From the NCBI GenBank assembly GCA_046563655.1, contig CM102290.1, positions 6,262,001 to 6,326,000 of the forward strand: a stretch of DNA of 64,000 nucleotides, read 5' to 3'. Each line of letters opens with the position of its first letter. The first letter of the stretch is position 1. Both the position numbers and the translations under genes were made by a program. This stretch comes from Yuukianura sp. NJ FZ-2021 (Eukaryota). Shown piece after piece: positions 1 to 11,008 of this stretch. Under the pieces are notes generated by a model. The model was not told where the DNA came from and made no database searches. It was given only the letters and a program-made list of their open reading frames with translations.

Positions 1-546
1 ATTTTTTGTCAAATCAAAGCGAGTCTTGTACCCGTCTTCAGTAGTTGTACTTTTGTTGGAAGGATCCTTATCCTTGTAGTATAGTGCTCCTTGAGCTTGA
101 GACTTTTTAAACTCTTTATTATAGCCAAGTAGCGTTTCAAGGTAGCTTCGATACGCATATTGATTAGATGATGGTGTAATGAGACTTTCATTGAGATGTA
201 CACTTAGTTGTTGAAAGAGTGAGTGGAGAAAATTGTTTACAGGAGCAACAAGATCCTCTTCACCCAAAGCACTTCCATCTTCAGCAACAATTCGAGTTTT
301 TAGATAAAGTTTTGTCTCTGACAAGTCTAAAAATTGTGTGTCATTCCCTTGAATATAAAATTCAATGGGTGCCATAGAGTCAGCCAATGAAGTAATTGAA
401 TGGTACTCTGATTGAATTGTAGACAAGAGACTAACGTCAAAAGCTGGTTCTTCAAACAAATTTGTTTCCGATCTGACAAATGTATATGGAGAAATTGGTC
501 CAACCCCTGATCCTCCATATCCTTTTGTAGTCTTTACCTTTGGCAT
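1..546 (-). CDS. Major capsid protein (PY/hexon-like), 5' part; runs off the window
   Basis: Hand translation from ATG 546: MPKVKTTKGYGGSG...FVRSETNLFEEPAFD...PIEFYIQGNDTQFLDLSETKLYLK...PVNNFLHSLFQQLSVHLNE...YAYRSYLETLLGY. It aligns with the MCP at 28073-29374. Absent from the ORF track because the stop lies outside the window. Confidence 0.92.
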   Translation of the reverse strand, partial: MPKVKTTKGYGGSGVGPISPYTFVRSETNLFEEPAFDVSLLSTIQSEYHSITSLADSMAPIEFYIQGNDTQFLDLSETKLYLKTRIVAEDGSALGEEDLVAPVNNFLHSLFQQLSVHLNESLITPSSNQYAYRSYLETLLGYNKEFKKSQAQGALYYKDKDPSNKSTTTEDGYKTRFDLTKN

Positions 547-616
547 TTTTTTTTGTTTCTCCAAATTTGTTCGTTTTTCTCACCTCGAAAAAAGTCCAGA
601 TTCCGGGTTAGGTTTT

Positions 617-1312
617 TTAGAAAATATATCTGATTCCAGTGGGTTTGTTGTTCTTTCGCGTTTTGGTTGCTCTTCGTTTTTTCCTCAAGTGTTGTTTCCG
701 TTGTCGTCGTCGCAGCTGTAGCTTCTTCCTTCCTTTCCGTCTAGTAGTTCTTTTGGATTTTTGTTTTAACCTCCGTCTACTCTTCTTGACTCCTCGAATA
801 CCTGATCCCGTCTGTTGATTCATAACGTCTCTTCCTACTCCTTTTAATGCTTCCCAACCATGTGATTTTAAAGAATTTTTAATTGATTGTCGATTAAAAA
901 TTACGTCAGCTGCTACACTTTTTGCGGCAGATGCAGCGTGTGGTAAAATGTATTGTTTAACAAATGGTAACAAATGACGTGCAATTGTACCAAAAACACC
1001 TCCAAGCCCAGCTCCTAATTAAACCGGAATTTTTTTTAAACCCAAAAAAAAAAGAAGGAAGTTAAGAATATTTTTTTTTGTTTTTATTAATTTTTATTCT
1101 CTTCTTTTCGTTTTTTTTTCCTTTTTTGCCTAACCTTTTTGACGTCTAACTCCACTAAAGTAAAGTTGAGGAGAACCTCCTCCTCGCTGCTGCTGCTGCT
1201 GCTGTCCAACCTGATTCGAATGTAAATTTTGTTGAAAAAATGAATTAATAGGAAAGTCTCCAGCACAGTTGTATGGAAGAGTAGGTTGTGATGGCGGCAG
1301 CCTTGACCTCAT
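617..1312 (-). CDS. Basic core-like protein, 2 exons (1312-1135, 1014-617)
   Basis: Removing the GT(1134)..AG(1015) intron gives ...SGVRRQKGAGLGGVFGTIARHLLPFVKQYILPHA..., collinear with the intronless homolog at 29374-29862 (GVRQRGGGIGSILGGIAKYALP). K/R-rich C-terminus. Confidence 0.85.
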
Positions 1313-2358
1313 GTCTTTTTTTCACGAAAGCGTAGTGTAGCCGTAAGGTTACCAAACTCGAATGGCATCCTCTCTCCCACTTCATTCATTATATACATAT
1401 GAATTGTGTCAAATTCTGATACTGCCAAATCCATGTAATGTGCATGAACAAATTCATGCGAGTGTTGCTTCCGGAATTTTCCTTCATAGTTTACTACTCG
1501 AAGAACCGGAGCCAGAGCATCTCCAATAAATTGCGGTCGAATTAAATTACAATAAACAAAAAGTTTTGTTTGTCCAGCATTCAAAAAGACTGGGTAAGCC
1601 CCTTCTCCTTCGTAGAGACGAAATCCATCTGCTGGCAAAGTTGGTCTTGCTTGGTTTGACAAGGACAATTCTCTTCCATAAAGTCCTAAAATATCAGCCA
1701 CTTTGGAACTAAATTTGATTGTTGTTCCATCCACAAGGGGTACACGATACTTGAAAATGTTTGCTTCAATTCGAAACGAGGAGTGTGGAAGTAGTTCATG
1801 TAAAAGATTTAATAATTGGTACTCTGTCATCAAACGCTTTGGAGCCTTCACTGCAATTTCAACTGCTTTTGGTGGAGATGAAGGACGTTGAAGGGTGCGG
1901 ATGTTGCTGTGAAAATTAGAAGAAGAGGTATTGGTTGAAGCAGCGGCAATTGCAGCAGAAGCTCGTCTCTGACGTTCACGAAACGAAATGCTCTTATCCT
2001 CCATAAGGTCAACAGGAGGCGGTCCATATCCATTTCCAGAAAAATTTGACGACGGTGGAGGAGGAGGAGGTGGTGGTGGTGGTGGTAGTGGGGCACCAGA
2101 AAATGCAGGCGGTGGATACTCGATTCGTGAAGTAAAAAGGATTTGGTTTGCTTGAATAAATGCATTGCCATATGTATAACTCACATCTGTGAGAGCCACT
2201 TCCCACTGGTCACCAGGGAGACTAATTGAATTTGCCAATTTGTTTTTAAAGTCAGAAATTAGGTTTCCAGGAAAATAGTCCAAACTTGCATTAGATTGGA
2301 GTGTAACATAAAATGAATTTGTAGAATTTGTAGAACTTGAAGCTGGTGCACTCGTCAT
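1309..2358 (-). CDS. Minor capsid protein (PX/penton-like) with a proline-rich insertion
   Basis: FYVTLQSN..YFPGN.ISDFKNKL...WEVALTDVSY N-terminus and LFVYCNLI.PQFIGD..PVLR...TLRFR C-terminus, homologous to 25772-26518. First ATG at 2358. Confidence 0.9.
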   Translation of the reverse strand: MTSAPASSSTNSTNSFYVTLQSNASLDYFPGNLISDFKNKLANSISLPGDQWEVALTDVSYTYGNAFIQANQILFTSRIEYPPPAFSGAPLPPPPPPPPPPPSSNFSGNGYGPPPVDLMEDKSISFRERQRRASAAIAAASTNTSSSNFHSNIRTLQRPSSPPKAVEIAVKAPKRLMTEYQLLNLLHELLPHSSFRIEANIFKYRVPLVDGTTIKFSSKVADILGLYGRELSLSNQARPTLPADGFRLYEGEGAYPVFLNAGQTKLFVYCNLIRPQFIGDALAPVLRVVNYEGKFRKQHSHEFVHAHYMDLAVSEFDTIHMYIMNEVGERMPFEFGNLTATLRFREKKT

Positions 2359-2443
2359 TATTCCCCCAATTTCTTCTCTTTCTTTTCTTCTTACAAAGCA
2401 CGGAAGTGAAAAGCACGGACCTCCCTCCAAAGTTGGCGAGCAG

Positions 2444-2790
2444 GAATCCTAAACAATTGTGGAGCTGGGATCCTTTTTTGATGGTAGAGAATCCTAAACA
2501 ATTGTGGAGCTGGGATCCTTTTTTGATGGTGTATGAAAATCCTCCAGAAAAAATGGTGGTTGCTTATCCTTTAAAGTCAAAAGCAGGACTAAACTCCACA
2601 ACTTGACTAGCACGGACTCCTTAACCATGGAAAAAAAGTTCCAAATTTTCGTTTACGAGGTATGGGTAAACTCCACAAGTTGACTAGCACGATCTCCTTA
2701 ACCACAAAAACTTAAGTTCCAAATTTTCATTTATGAGGCATGGGTCTGCCCCCCTTTGCGCGCGCGCGCCCCCGGGGGGGGGGGCTGGCC
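2444..2790. repeat. Internal non-coding segment: ~45-bp tandem pair, ~77-bp tandem pair and a GC-rich palindromic tract
   Basis: GAATCCTAAACAATTGTGGAGCTGGGATCCTTTTTTGATGGT x2 (2444, 2489); AAACTCCACAA.TTGACTAGCACG x2 (2591, 2668); GCCCCCC-TTT-(GC)n-CCCC-G11 at ~2748-2785. Confidence 0.8.
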
Positions 2791-2816
2791 TTGCTTTCCA
2801 CATTTTTTTTTTTGAA

Positions 2817-3995
2817 TTAAAATTTTTCCCAATGCCGTATAGGTTCATCTGTAAGGTTCATGAGCAAACTGCCTTCACCTCCACCTCCTTTTTTGGTTCC
2901 TTTTTTCTTCTTGGCAGCAGCAGCAGCAGTAGTCCTCTGATCAGCAGCAGCAGCCGGTGGTCGAATTCTTTTTCTAAGTCGATTTGCAATTGGAGAAAAA
3001 TGTGTTGGCAACTTTTGCTGCTGCTGCTGCTGCTGCTGACGACCGAGTCCAGCAGCAGTAGGTAAAGGACGAGAAATTGAAAAGGGTGGAGTTGTTCCAT
3101 CAACTTGTCGTTCCTCCTCCTCACTCATCTCTTGATTTTGTTCACTTCCGGCAGCAGCAACAGCAGCTGGTGTATTATAATTTGAATTAGGATTTGGACT
3201 AAAACTTGCTTCCTCCTCCTCCTCCTCCTCCTCCTGGAAATGTATGGCAGGAGAAGAAATTAGACGAAATATGGAAGAATTTCCAGATGCGGCGCCAGGA
3301 CTTGTGGCCATTGAAAACATGTATTTTTGTAAATGATCTCGAACATGTTGAAAACCATATGGTATTCTAGTATGTTTTCGTTCTTTGAGATTGACAAAAT
3401 ATTTTATAATCTTGATAATATTTGTTGCTGGCAATCGTTGCTTTTGAATCAAAATTTCAAAGGAAGAGTTCCACGTAATGTCGTTTAATAGCATGTAACG
3501 TAAAAGTTTACGTACATTTCGACTACCACCACATTGTTGTATAATATATGGTTCTGAAACTTGAAGGAAACTTGTTTTCAAACTTGACGGCGGTAGCGGC
3601 GGATAAGAAGAAGAAGAAGAATTGGTTTCGTTTTGTTCTTGTTGATAAATCATGCTAGCCGCTGCCGGAAGTTGTGATCCAAACAACTGGTCCTCCTCCT
3701 CATCTTCTTCTTGTCTTTGTCCTAGTCCATTTGTTTTACCATGTTTACCAGCACTTGCATTTTTTACCAAAATGGGTGTCTTTTCCAAAATATGACGTTT
3801 TTGATTGAGTCGGCGAGCCAAATCTTGATATAGAATTGCCTTGATGTCATCTGGAATTGTTTGATTTGATAACAATGTTTGTTTTGCATCTTCACCCTCT
3901 TGCAACGGGGCGAGTCGAGATTTGGATGCTGGTAACTGGTTTAAATTTTTTACTTTTTCAAAATCTGCTTCAGAAACTAGTCGCATTCGCTTCAT
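2817..3995 (-). CDS. Conserved Polinton protein of unknown function (homolog of 23839-24699)
   Basis: Shared blocks MKRMRLV/KKMKLI, IPDDIK/ISDDIK, ITWN..EI..K.RLPATNII/ISWD..QV..KGV..GANII, and a terminal W-x-x-F. Low-complexity insertions. Confidence 0.8.
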   Translation of the reverse strand: MKRMRLVSEADFEKVKNLNQLPASKSRLAPLQEGEDAKQTLLSNQTIPDDIKAILYQDLARRLNQKRHILEKTPILVKNASAGKHGKTNGLGQRQEEDEEEDQLFGSQLPAAASMIYQQEQNETNSSSSSYPPLPPSSLKTSFLQVSEPYIIQQCGGSRNVRKLLRYMLLNDITWNSSFEILIQKQRLPATNIIKIIKYFVNLKERKHTRIPYGFQHVRDHLQKYMFSMATSPGAASGNSSIFRLISSPAIHFQEEEEEEEEASFSPNPNSNYNTPAAVAAAGSEQNQEMSEEEERQVDGTTPPFSISRPLPTAAGLGRQQQQQQQQKLPTHFSPIANRLRKRIRPPAAAADQRTTAAAAAKKKKGTKKGGGGEGSLLMNLTDEPIRHWEKF

Positions 3996-4012
3996 TTTTT
4001 TTTCTTTTAAGC

Positions 4013-4372
4013 TTATTGTGTCCTTGTTTTAAAATATCCAACAGCTGTCTTGAAAATCGCCGGAAGTGCAGCACCCAAAAGTAGAGGAAGTATAGCTCCA
4101 CCCTTTTGAGACAGGAGACGTTTTTTCTTTGATTTAAGACTCGCTCCGCGTCGTTTTAGAATACCAACAATCGTTTTTTTGTAGGGTTTCAAACGTTTTA
4201 CAGTACTTGCCTTAATACCAACGTTACCCTTGTACACATTGAGTATACATTCACAAATGCCTCTAATTTCCTCTTTGCTTGCGTTTTTAATCAAATTCCT
4301 TCTTTCTTTTGGTAATCTTACTTTGGATAAGTAGTTTAAAAATTCTCGATTTCGTATTACACACTTTGACAT
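4013..4372 (-). CDS. Small basic conserved Polinton protein with QKGG + hydrophobic tail (homolog of 24699-25046)
   Basis: LIKNASKEEIRGICECILNV..GNV...QKGGAILPLLLG versus LIKKASKDNIDALSEIALNT..GNV...QKGGFLPLLV. Same gene order in both elements. Confidence 0.85.
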   Translation of the reverse strand: MSKCVIRNREFLNYLSKVRLPKERRNLIKNASKEEIRGICECILNVYKGNVGIKASTVKRLKPYKKTIVGILKRRGASLKSKKKRLLSQKGGAILPLLLGAALPAIFKTAVGYFKTRTQ

Positions 4373-4522
4373 GATGTTGACGAGTCAAATGGTTGACTTG
4401 AAATGGAACTCTAGTTTATTCAAAAGAGTCCTTTTTCATAAATGTCCAACTCAATCGTTTCTTGACTGTTGTCCTCAAAACATTCTTTTCTCTTCTTTTT
4501 ATCCTCTCCTTCCCGCATAATA

Positions 4523-5488
4523 ATGTCGTCACTAAAACAACAAATTTTACAAGAATACGTAAATCCCAAAAATAAATATAGCTTTTCTGGTGCACATTTA
4601 GTTTACAAGGGAGAGAAAGAAAGGGGGGACAAGGGGTTTTATGTGACTAGAAAAAATGTTGAGCAAGCACTCTCTTCCATTCCTGCCTACACTTTACACC
4701 GACGAGCACGGAAAAGATATCCAAGAAGAAGAGTTTTTATTCCTGGACTAAAGCAACAATTTGTAGCAGATCTAATTGACATTCGGAAATATTCAGATTC
4801 AAATGATGGTTACCAATATTTATTAACTTGCATAAATGGGTTTAGTAAAGTGGCAGACGTAATTCCGTTGAAGAATAAAAATCAAGCAAGTGTTAAAAGG
4901 GGATTGGAACGGATCATAAAAAAGAGAGGACCATGCAAATACATTCAAGTGGACCGAGGAAAAGAATTTTATAACAAGGTCGTAGAGAAGTTGCTAAAGT
5001 TGCATGGAATCCATTTGTTCAGTACAGGTTCCGAGTTGAAGGCGGTAATTGTGGAAAGATTTAATCAAACTTTAATGAATCGAATTGCTCGCTACATGAC
5101 ATTTGCAAATACTGAACGGTTTGTGGATATTTTGCCAAGTTTGGTAGAAAATTATAACAATTCATATCATTCATCAATCAAATGTGCTCCAAATCAAGTA
5201 AATGATGAAAACAAAACTGACGTATTTTTTAACCTATATGGAAAAAAGAATCCTACAAAAAGGAAAAATGCATCTCCTACTAAATTTGAAGTAGGTGACA
5301 AAGTGTTGATTAGCAAAATTAAGAAAATTTTTACAAAAGGTTACGCGAATTCTTGGAATTTCGAACAGTTTCTTGTGGTCAAAGTTTTTCATACTAAACC
5401 AACTAGTTATCAACTACAAGATGCAAATGGAGAGTTGATTTTTGGCTTATTTTATGACGCCGAATTACAACGGGTAGATCATTCTTAA
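4523..5488 (+). CDS. Retroviral-like (rve/c-integrase) DDE integrase
   Basis: YTLHR...FVADLID...IQVDRGKEF...VERFNQTL (D,D,E). C-terminal KGY..NW..E.F SH3-like block. ATG at 4523. Confidence 0.95.
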   Translation: MSSLKQQILQEYVNPKNKYSFSGAHLVYKGEKERGDKGFYVTRKNVEQALSSIPAYTLHRRARKRYPRRRVFIPGLKQQFVADLIDIRKYSDSNDGYQYLLTCINGFSKVADVIPLKNKNQASVKRGLERIIKKRGPCKYIQVDRGKEFYNKVVEKLLKLHGIHLFSTGSELKAVIVERFNQTLMNRIARYMTFANTERFVDILPSLVENYNNSYHSSIKCAPNQVNDENKTDVFFNLYGKKNPTKRKNASPTKFEVGDKVLISKIKKIFTKGYANSWNFEQFLVVKVFHTKPTSYQLQDANGELIFGLFYDAELQRVDHS

Positions 5489-5506
5489 CTTGAAAGTTGG
5501 CTGGTT

Positions 5507-6040
5507 ATGAGCAGCTGGAGTTTTAGTTGCTGCTGTTCAATTTGGAGATCAATTTCAAATTTTTTGTGCAAGCGAAATTCTACAACAACAATAACTGTTT
5601 GCAAATCATTTAGCTGCAATTGTAATTTAAATAAAAGTCATCAAAGTTCTTCTGAAGGAATGGCTACTCCTGGACCTAGCTTTGTACCGACGGAAGATAT
5701 GGAAGGTCATCAAAGTTCTCCTCCTTATACTGTCCATTCAGCAAGGCAAAAAAAGCCAAAGAAACAAGGTCAAGGGCAAGGATCACAACGAAAAGTCTCT
5801 TCTGTTCCAATGATTGTAGAAATTCGAAAAGAATTTCCAAATCCTCTCCCTCCACCTCAAGTTATGTTAGAAAATGGATGGACACTCTATTTTGCTGATG
5901 CTCTTGGAAATTCTTCAACAATTTCTCATTTACACATTCGAAATCAACTGGAACCTGGTCAAGGAATCTCTATTCCAGTGGACCTTTTTGATTGTTTGGT
6001 ACAAGGACTTTTGGAACTCAAAAGAAGTGGAAGTAAGTAG
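5507..6040 (+). CDS. Hypothetical protein with a possible C-terminal PC4-like ssDNA-binding domain
   Basis: C-terminal HLHIRN...GQGISIPVDLFDCLVQGL resembles the PC4 IR...KGISL...L motif. Cys-rich N-terminus; true start uncertain. Confidence 0.5.
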   Translation: MSSWSFSCCCSIWRSISNFLCKRNSTTTITVCKSFSCNCNLNKSHQSSSEGMATPGPSFVPTEDMEGHQSSPPYTVHSARQKKPKKQGQGQGSQRKVSSVPMIVEIRKEFPNPLPPPQVMLENGWTLYFADALGNSSTISHLHIRNQLEPGQGISIPVDLFDCLVQGLLELKRSGSK

Positions 6041-6050
6041 TAGTAGTAGT

Positions 6051-6725
6051 TTAGTAACTTACCTTTTTTACGTAAACAATGCATGTAGAGTCAGGAAAAA
6101 TGTTTGAACGAAACCGAAATTCATCATTTTGCTGTTGACTCAAATCCAAAAAGAGATAACTGTTTGGCTTATTTTTTGTTGCATCATCATAAGCAGCTTC
6201 TAGAACAGGATGACTCTTTCCATTGTTCATTTGTCTTCCCAAAAATTGTATAATTGTAGAGTCTCGAGGATTTCTGAAGAGGGCTAAATATTTACTATTT
6301 AGTGTCAAGTTACGACAATTTTTGTAGAAAAAATTTTGCATAGTAACTATTAGACTCATAGACCTATGGTGACTTCCACGAGTTACCATAGTACAAACTT
6401 CTTTTGACATTGCAATCTCCTCCATAAAATCATCCAAAATTACTAGAGTTGTAATTTTATTTCCTTCTGCAACAACATCTCCAACATCCATCCCTTTTTT
6501 AAATGTAACGGTAGTTCCAACCGTGTCCTTGAAAGCTTCTTGCACTTGCAAAGCAAATGATGGCAAATCCTCGTTATAGCAATAAATTACTTGTTCAATT
6601 TTAGGTTCAATCACTTCATCTTTTCTCAAAATTAATTGATGTATCAATGTGCTTTTTCCAGATTGAGTTGCTCCAGCACAAACCATCACAAAAGGATGAC
6701 TCAACGTAAACTGAAACTCCATCAC
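6051..6725 (-). CDS. FtsK/HerA (A32-like) DNA-packaging ATPase
   Basis: Walker A GATQSGKS, Walker B LVILDD, SHHRSMSLIVTMQN, arginine-finger region RNLTLNSKY. Confidence 0.95.
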   Translation of the reverse strand: MMEFQFTLSHPFVMVCAGATQSGKSTLIHQLILRKDEVIEPKIEQVIYCYNEDLPSFALQVQEAFKDTVGTTVTFKKGMDVGDVVAEGNKITTLVILDDFMEEIAMSKEVCTMVTRGSHHRSMSLIVTMQNFFYKNCRNLTLNSKYLALFRNPRDSTIIQFLGRQMNNGKSHPVLEAAYDDATKNKPNSYLFLDLSQQQNDEFRFRSNIFPDSTCIVYVKKVSY

Positions 6726-6819
6726 TTACAAGGGGGAAAAGAAAATTGGCTTTCACACTGTACAACAATCAAATTTAAACTAAAATCTTTATTTCAATTA
6801 ATTTGGCTTTTTGAATAAA

Positions 6820-9800
6820 TTATAACCCTTGTTGCTGATAGTATGGAATTTGATAATGTCCAAATCGTAAGGATTCAAACGGAGAAATATAATAACCAGA
6901 CTTATCTTCTAGTGCTGAAAGACTTTGTTTGCAAATTGTTGTAGTGTAAACTCTATGATCTAAGCTTCGAATTGTATTCATATTTAAACTAATTGCACTA
7001 GATTGATCCAAAACTCCAAGATAGTCATCAAATCTCATTTGGTTCTTGACAACGGCACGTACAGTCCCTTTGGCCTTTTTTCTTTCAGATATTATATTAT
7101 CCGGATCCAGGGAACGAACAGAGTACAACTTTGGTTTGAGTGCAACCACTTCAGTTATGATTGAATTTGCAAATTCATCTTTAAAGTATCCACATTTTCC
7201 TTGATGTTGTTGAGAAGACAAGTGACCAAGTGTTGGATGATTAGGGTTATAATTTGAAGTATCCAAACGACAATCTGACTGTTGAGTCATTTCATAAAAA
7301 TCTTGGTACAAGTCTGGCGTTTTAATATACAAAAGTAAACTATCCGTATCTGTCATAACTAGCCTCATATTTTGAGCATACTTTTTCTGCATCACATTGT
7401 AGTAAAAGTCATACATTATCCGTTTACTATCATCTAAAACTGTTAGTCCAGCACTAATATGTTTGTCTAAACAAACTGAAAGTTTCTTCATCATAAACAA
7501 AACACATTCGTCATGCAAAATTTTGAATCTCTTCACTGTTGCCTTTTTTCCATACTCGTAAACTTTTTGACGACTTAGTGCAATATTTATGCGTTTGTGT
7601 TTTCGAACATTTTGTAACAATTTTCCAAATACAATATTTCCCATGGCTTTCCAAAATTTAATATCCACCGGATTCTTAGCTTGCCTCCTTCTCTCAATAC
7701 ACATTTCAATGTAAGCTCTTAGTAGTGGGGCTTGAGTGAAACGAAGAGCACGATGAACTTTGGTCATCTTCAATCCCAACTGCAAATACAACTTGAGCAG
7801 ACGATAGTGAAGGATATAATTCTTCTTTGGATAAAACGTACCCAACAATTTGGATTTGTTGACAGATGCTGGCGTTGCACCAACATTTTCCATCACTCCT
7901 CTTGTGTATACTGATAAATTTTCATATTCAATTTGTCCACGCTCAACAGCCAAAGGATAATCATTGTGTAGATCATGTAATTCATCTGGATAATCCAAAT
8001 CCACTTCCAAAATGAGTCCTTCATGTCCTTCATCTTCCATACTCAGCAACATTTTAACTACAGAACCCAAACTCTCCGCTCCAGTCCGTCCTTCTAAATT
8101 TGGATCCCACCGAAAATTTTTGTGTGGTACAAAACATCTCAAACACGTACTGTATAAAAGATTTGCATCCAAAAGGCACAAGTACGTTGTTGGTTTGGAT
8201 GAGTCATAGCGTGACCCCATATGTGGGTTATTCGCTTTGGCATAACGAAGTCCTACAGAACAGTTACCTCCACGAATTCCTCTCTCACACCACATGTACA
8301 TGTCATCAACTTTCAAGTACTCGTAATCCACTTGCCCAACAAGCATTGCAGCGTCATATGCTATTCCTGGCAGTGTGACGTAATGAGCAGGGTCCAGCCG
8401 AAAATTTGTTATCATGGTATTTCTCAAGTGTTGAAAACAATCTGCTAAAAGGCAAACATCTAAAGTCACATAAAGGTTGTGATAGTCTTGCATTGTTTTG
8501 CAATCAAACTCTTCCCACACTTTCATTGCTCTTTCATACTCTTCATCTGATATTCCTTCTCCTCGCAAATTACTAAAAAATGCTTCTTTTGGTGGTAATC
8601 CAGTTTCCTTCAATTTCTCAAAACTGTCCATATACTCGTATGGATATACTCCTTTTTGAATTAGTAGCGGCATGGCTGAAGGATGATGAGAAAATACAAA
8701 CTCTGTCACTCGAAACTTTCTAGTATCCCTCTTTGACATCATCTCAACTTGATCAGCCAAACTTGAACTAATAAATTGATAAGAGTCTATAAATTTCAAC
8801 GTATGTCCAAGTTGAGTTGTACATTCCATTGACGTGAATTTCTCTTCTGATGCTGGCAACGGAGAAACGTGTTTGAACAAATTACTTTTTAGAGCTTGAA
8901 CAACAAAGTGTGAGTCATAGTTTCGAAAGTTGTGAAACACAATTGGAATTTTCCGGCAAACTTGAAGTTGTAAATTACATTTGTTACAACTAACACCTCG
9001 AATCCTGCCGGTTATATGACAGTGGTCAATTACAGATTCTCCAACATTTCCAGAAAACTGAAATCCACAATGAATACAAAACTGAGCATGTTGCCTCATA
9101 AATAAAAAATCTTGATTTGTGTATCGAGGATCTCGTCCAACACCCTCCCGCAACATGATAAAATATTTCTCTGTCCTAGTCACTAAATTTTGAAGTAAAT
9201 GATTTGCTGCATTTTGTCCACAAAAAGTAACAGGTTCTTCAACTACAACTCCATTTGGGCCGAGAATAACAAATGAATAACCACAGTCTAAATGTTCGTT
9301 CATAACATTTCCAATACGGTGTGTACCAAGACGTTGAGTTTTTGGGTAAAGGATACACTCAAAATCACAAATTATAACAAATGGTACTGGAAGTGTTTTT
9401 CGAATGTGCTTGAATGTATAATTCCTTTCTGGTGGAAAACAAACACCTTGGGGTTCGACAGCAGCACAAAATCCCTGATGTCGCTCAAGTGTTTCTCTGG
9501 ACCTCCAAAAATGAAGACAAAAGTTACAAATGTACTTTTCACCAGCAATCTCTTCCTTTCCCAAAAGGCGTGATAGTCCAAAAGATGGATTCTCATCCGT
9601 CTGTTTTAAAAGTACAAAATGTGACTCACTGCCATCAATTAATAATAACAAATCCACATGTTGTCTCCTTTTCTCATGACACACAAAAAGTGGAAACACT
9701 TTCATTTTTTGTTTAGCATACTTTGGATCCAACTCATCCCGTTCTTCGTATCCGTACACATTCACTGACAATGATGGGTTAAAATGAAGAAACTTGTCCA

Positions 9801-11008
9801 TTTGATTTAGAGTCATTGGAAAACTTATACAATTCCAATCCACCGAATTTTGAAAGTTGATGTAACTTCGAGGATCAATTACGCGATACCAACGTGTAGT
9901 ACTATTTTTATATAATGGATTCAATTCAGCCAAAATTGCATATTTGAAACATAAAGCGTCCACATTTCTCACGTTCACAACACATCCTTTTCTAGCCAAG
10001 GCTTTTGGTGTGGGAATCCAACTACTTCCGTGTTGCATTTGATACACGGAAAATTTAAAAGATATCCATTTAAAACGGCTAACTCTCCAACCAGATCCCT
10101 TCCGAAGAAATGCAGCAATTGTGTCTCCAATTTTGTTTGACATTAGGCGAATAGCATTTCCAAACATTGATGGTTGAAGACAAATGTGAACAAATGAGCG
10201 AAAAGGAAAGTCTTCTACTTGATGTTGATTTGGATTATCACGCAGTTCACGTGTCATTTCAACTAAAGCTACACTGCTCACTAAATAGGCTCCAATTTCC
10301 GTATGAATTCTTCTCATCAAGTTTCGTAGCGTATTTGAGCAATGTAAAAATACACCAGTCACATCTACAAAAACATCTTGATTAAAGGTTACAGTATATT
10401 CACGAGTTAAACCCCCAAACGCAATCACTTCGTCAAAATTAACTTCATTTTGTCCAGCATTTGCTGACCCGCCACATTGATTTGTTGAAAAATTTTGATT
10501 GTATACTTCTGGATGAACATGAAATAAATGCTCGTCAAGGTGTCCTGGATATTCAAATCGAATTCCACATTGAACACATAGTCTTCTACTATAATTCCTC
10601 AACTCTTCCGCGTCACGAATTGTTTGATTCGTAGTATTTCTTGATTGAAAACTACTACTACTACTTGATCCAGCTTGATTTGGTCCACCATGAACTTGCT
10701 GCACATGATTAATAAAATCTCTTTCTCTTAGTCCTCTCAAATTACAAGTTTGACATCCAAATTCTCGTACTCCGCTACTACTACTTTCCAAACCAAATTC
10801 TTCCAACAGCTCACCTAATGACACAAAACAAAACCAAATTATGTTTTCTTATAATGTATTCTTTTTATTACGTTTTACCTGGAATTTCTACATCATGATG
10901 GTTAGTGTGAACGTGGTTTAAAAAATCTTCAGCACTTAAATTTTGCAAATTACACCTTCCGCAACAATAGAGTACTGCTGCTGCTGCTGCTGCTGAATTA
11001 GAAGACAT
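6820..11008 (-). CDS. Protein-primed family B DNA polymerase (pPolB), 2 exons (11008-10879, 10814-6820)
   Basis: Exo motifs DFEC and HNFRNYD. Pol motifs LDANLLY, K..GN.VFGK, TDTDS. EndoVII-like CxxC...DHCH.TG..RG..CNKCNL insert. A 64-nt GT-AG intron (10878-10815) supplies the ATG and a C2H2 finger (MSSNSAAAAAAVLYCCGRC...HVHTNH). Confidence 0.95.

Noticed and set aside
7732..10385. Short + strand ORFs within pPolB A
   Set aside because: Antisense shadows of a long coding frame with no motifs.
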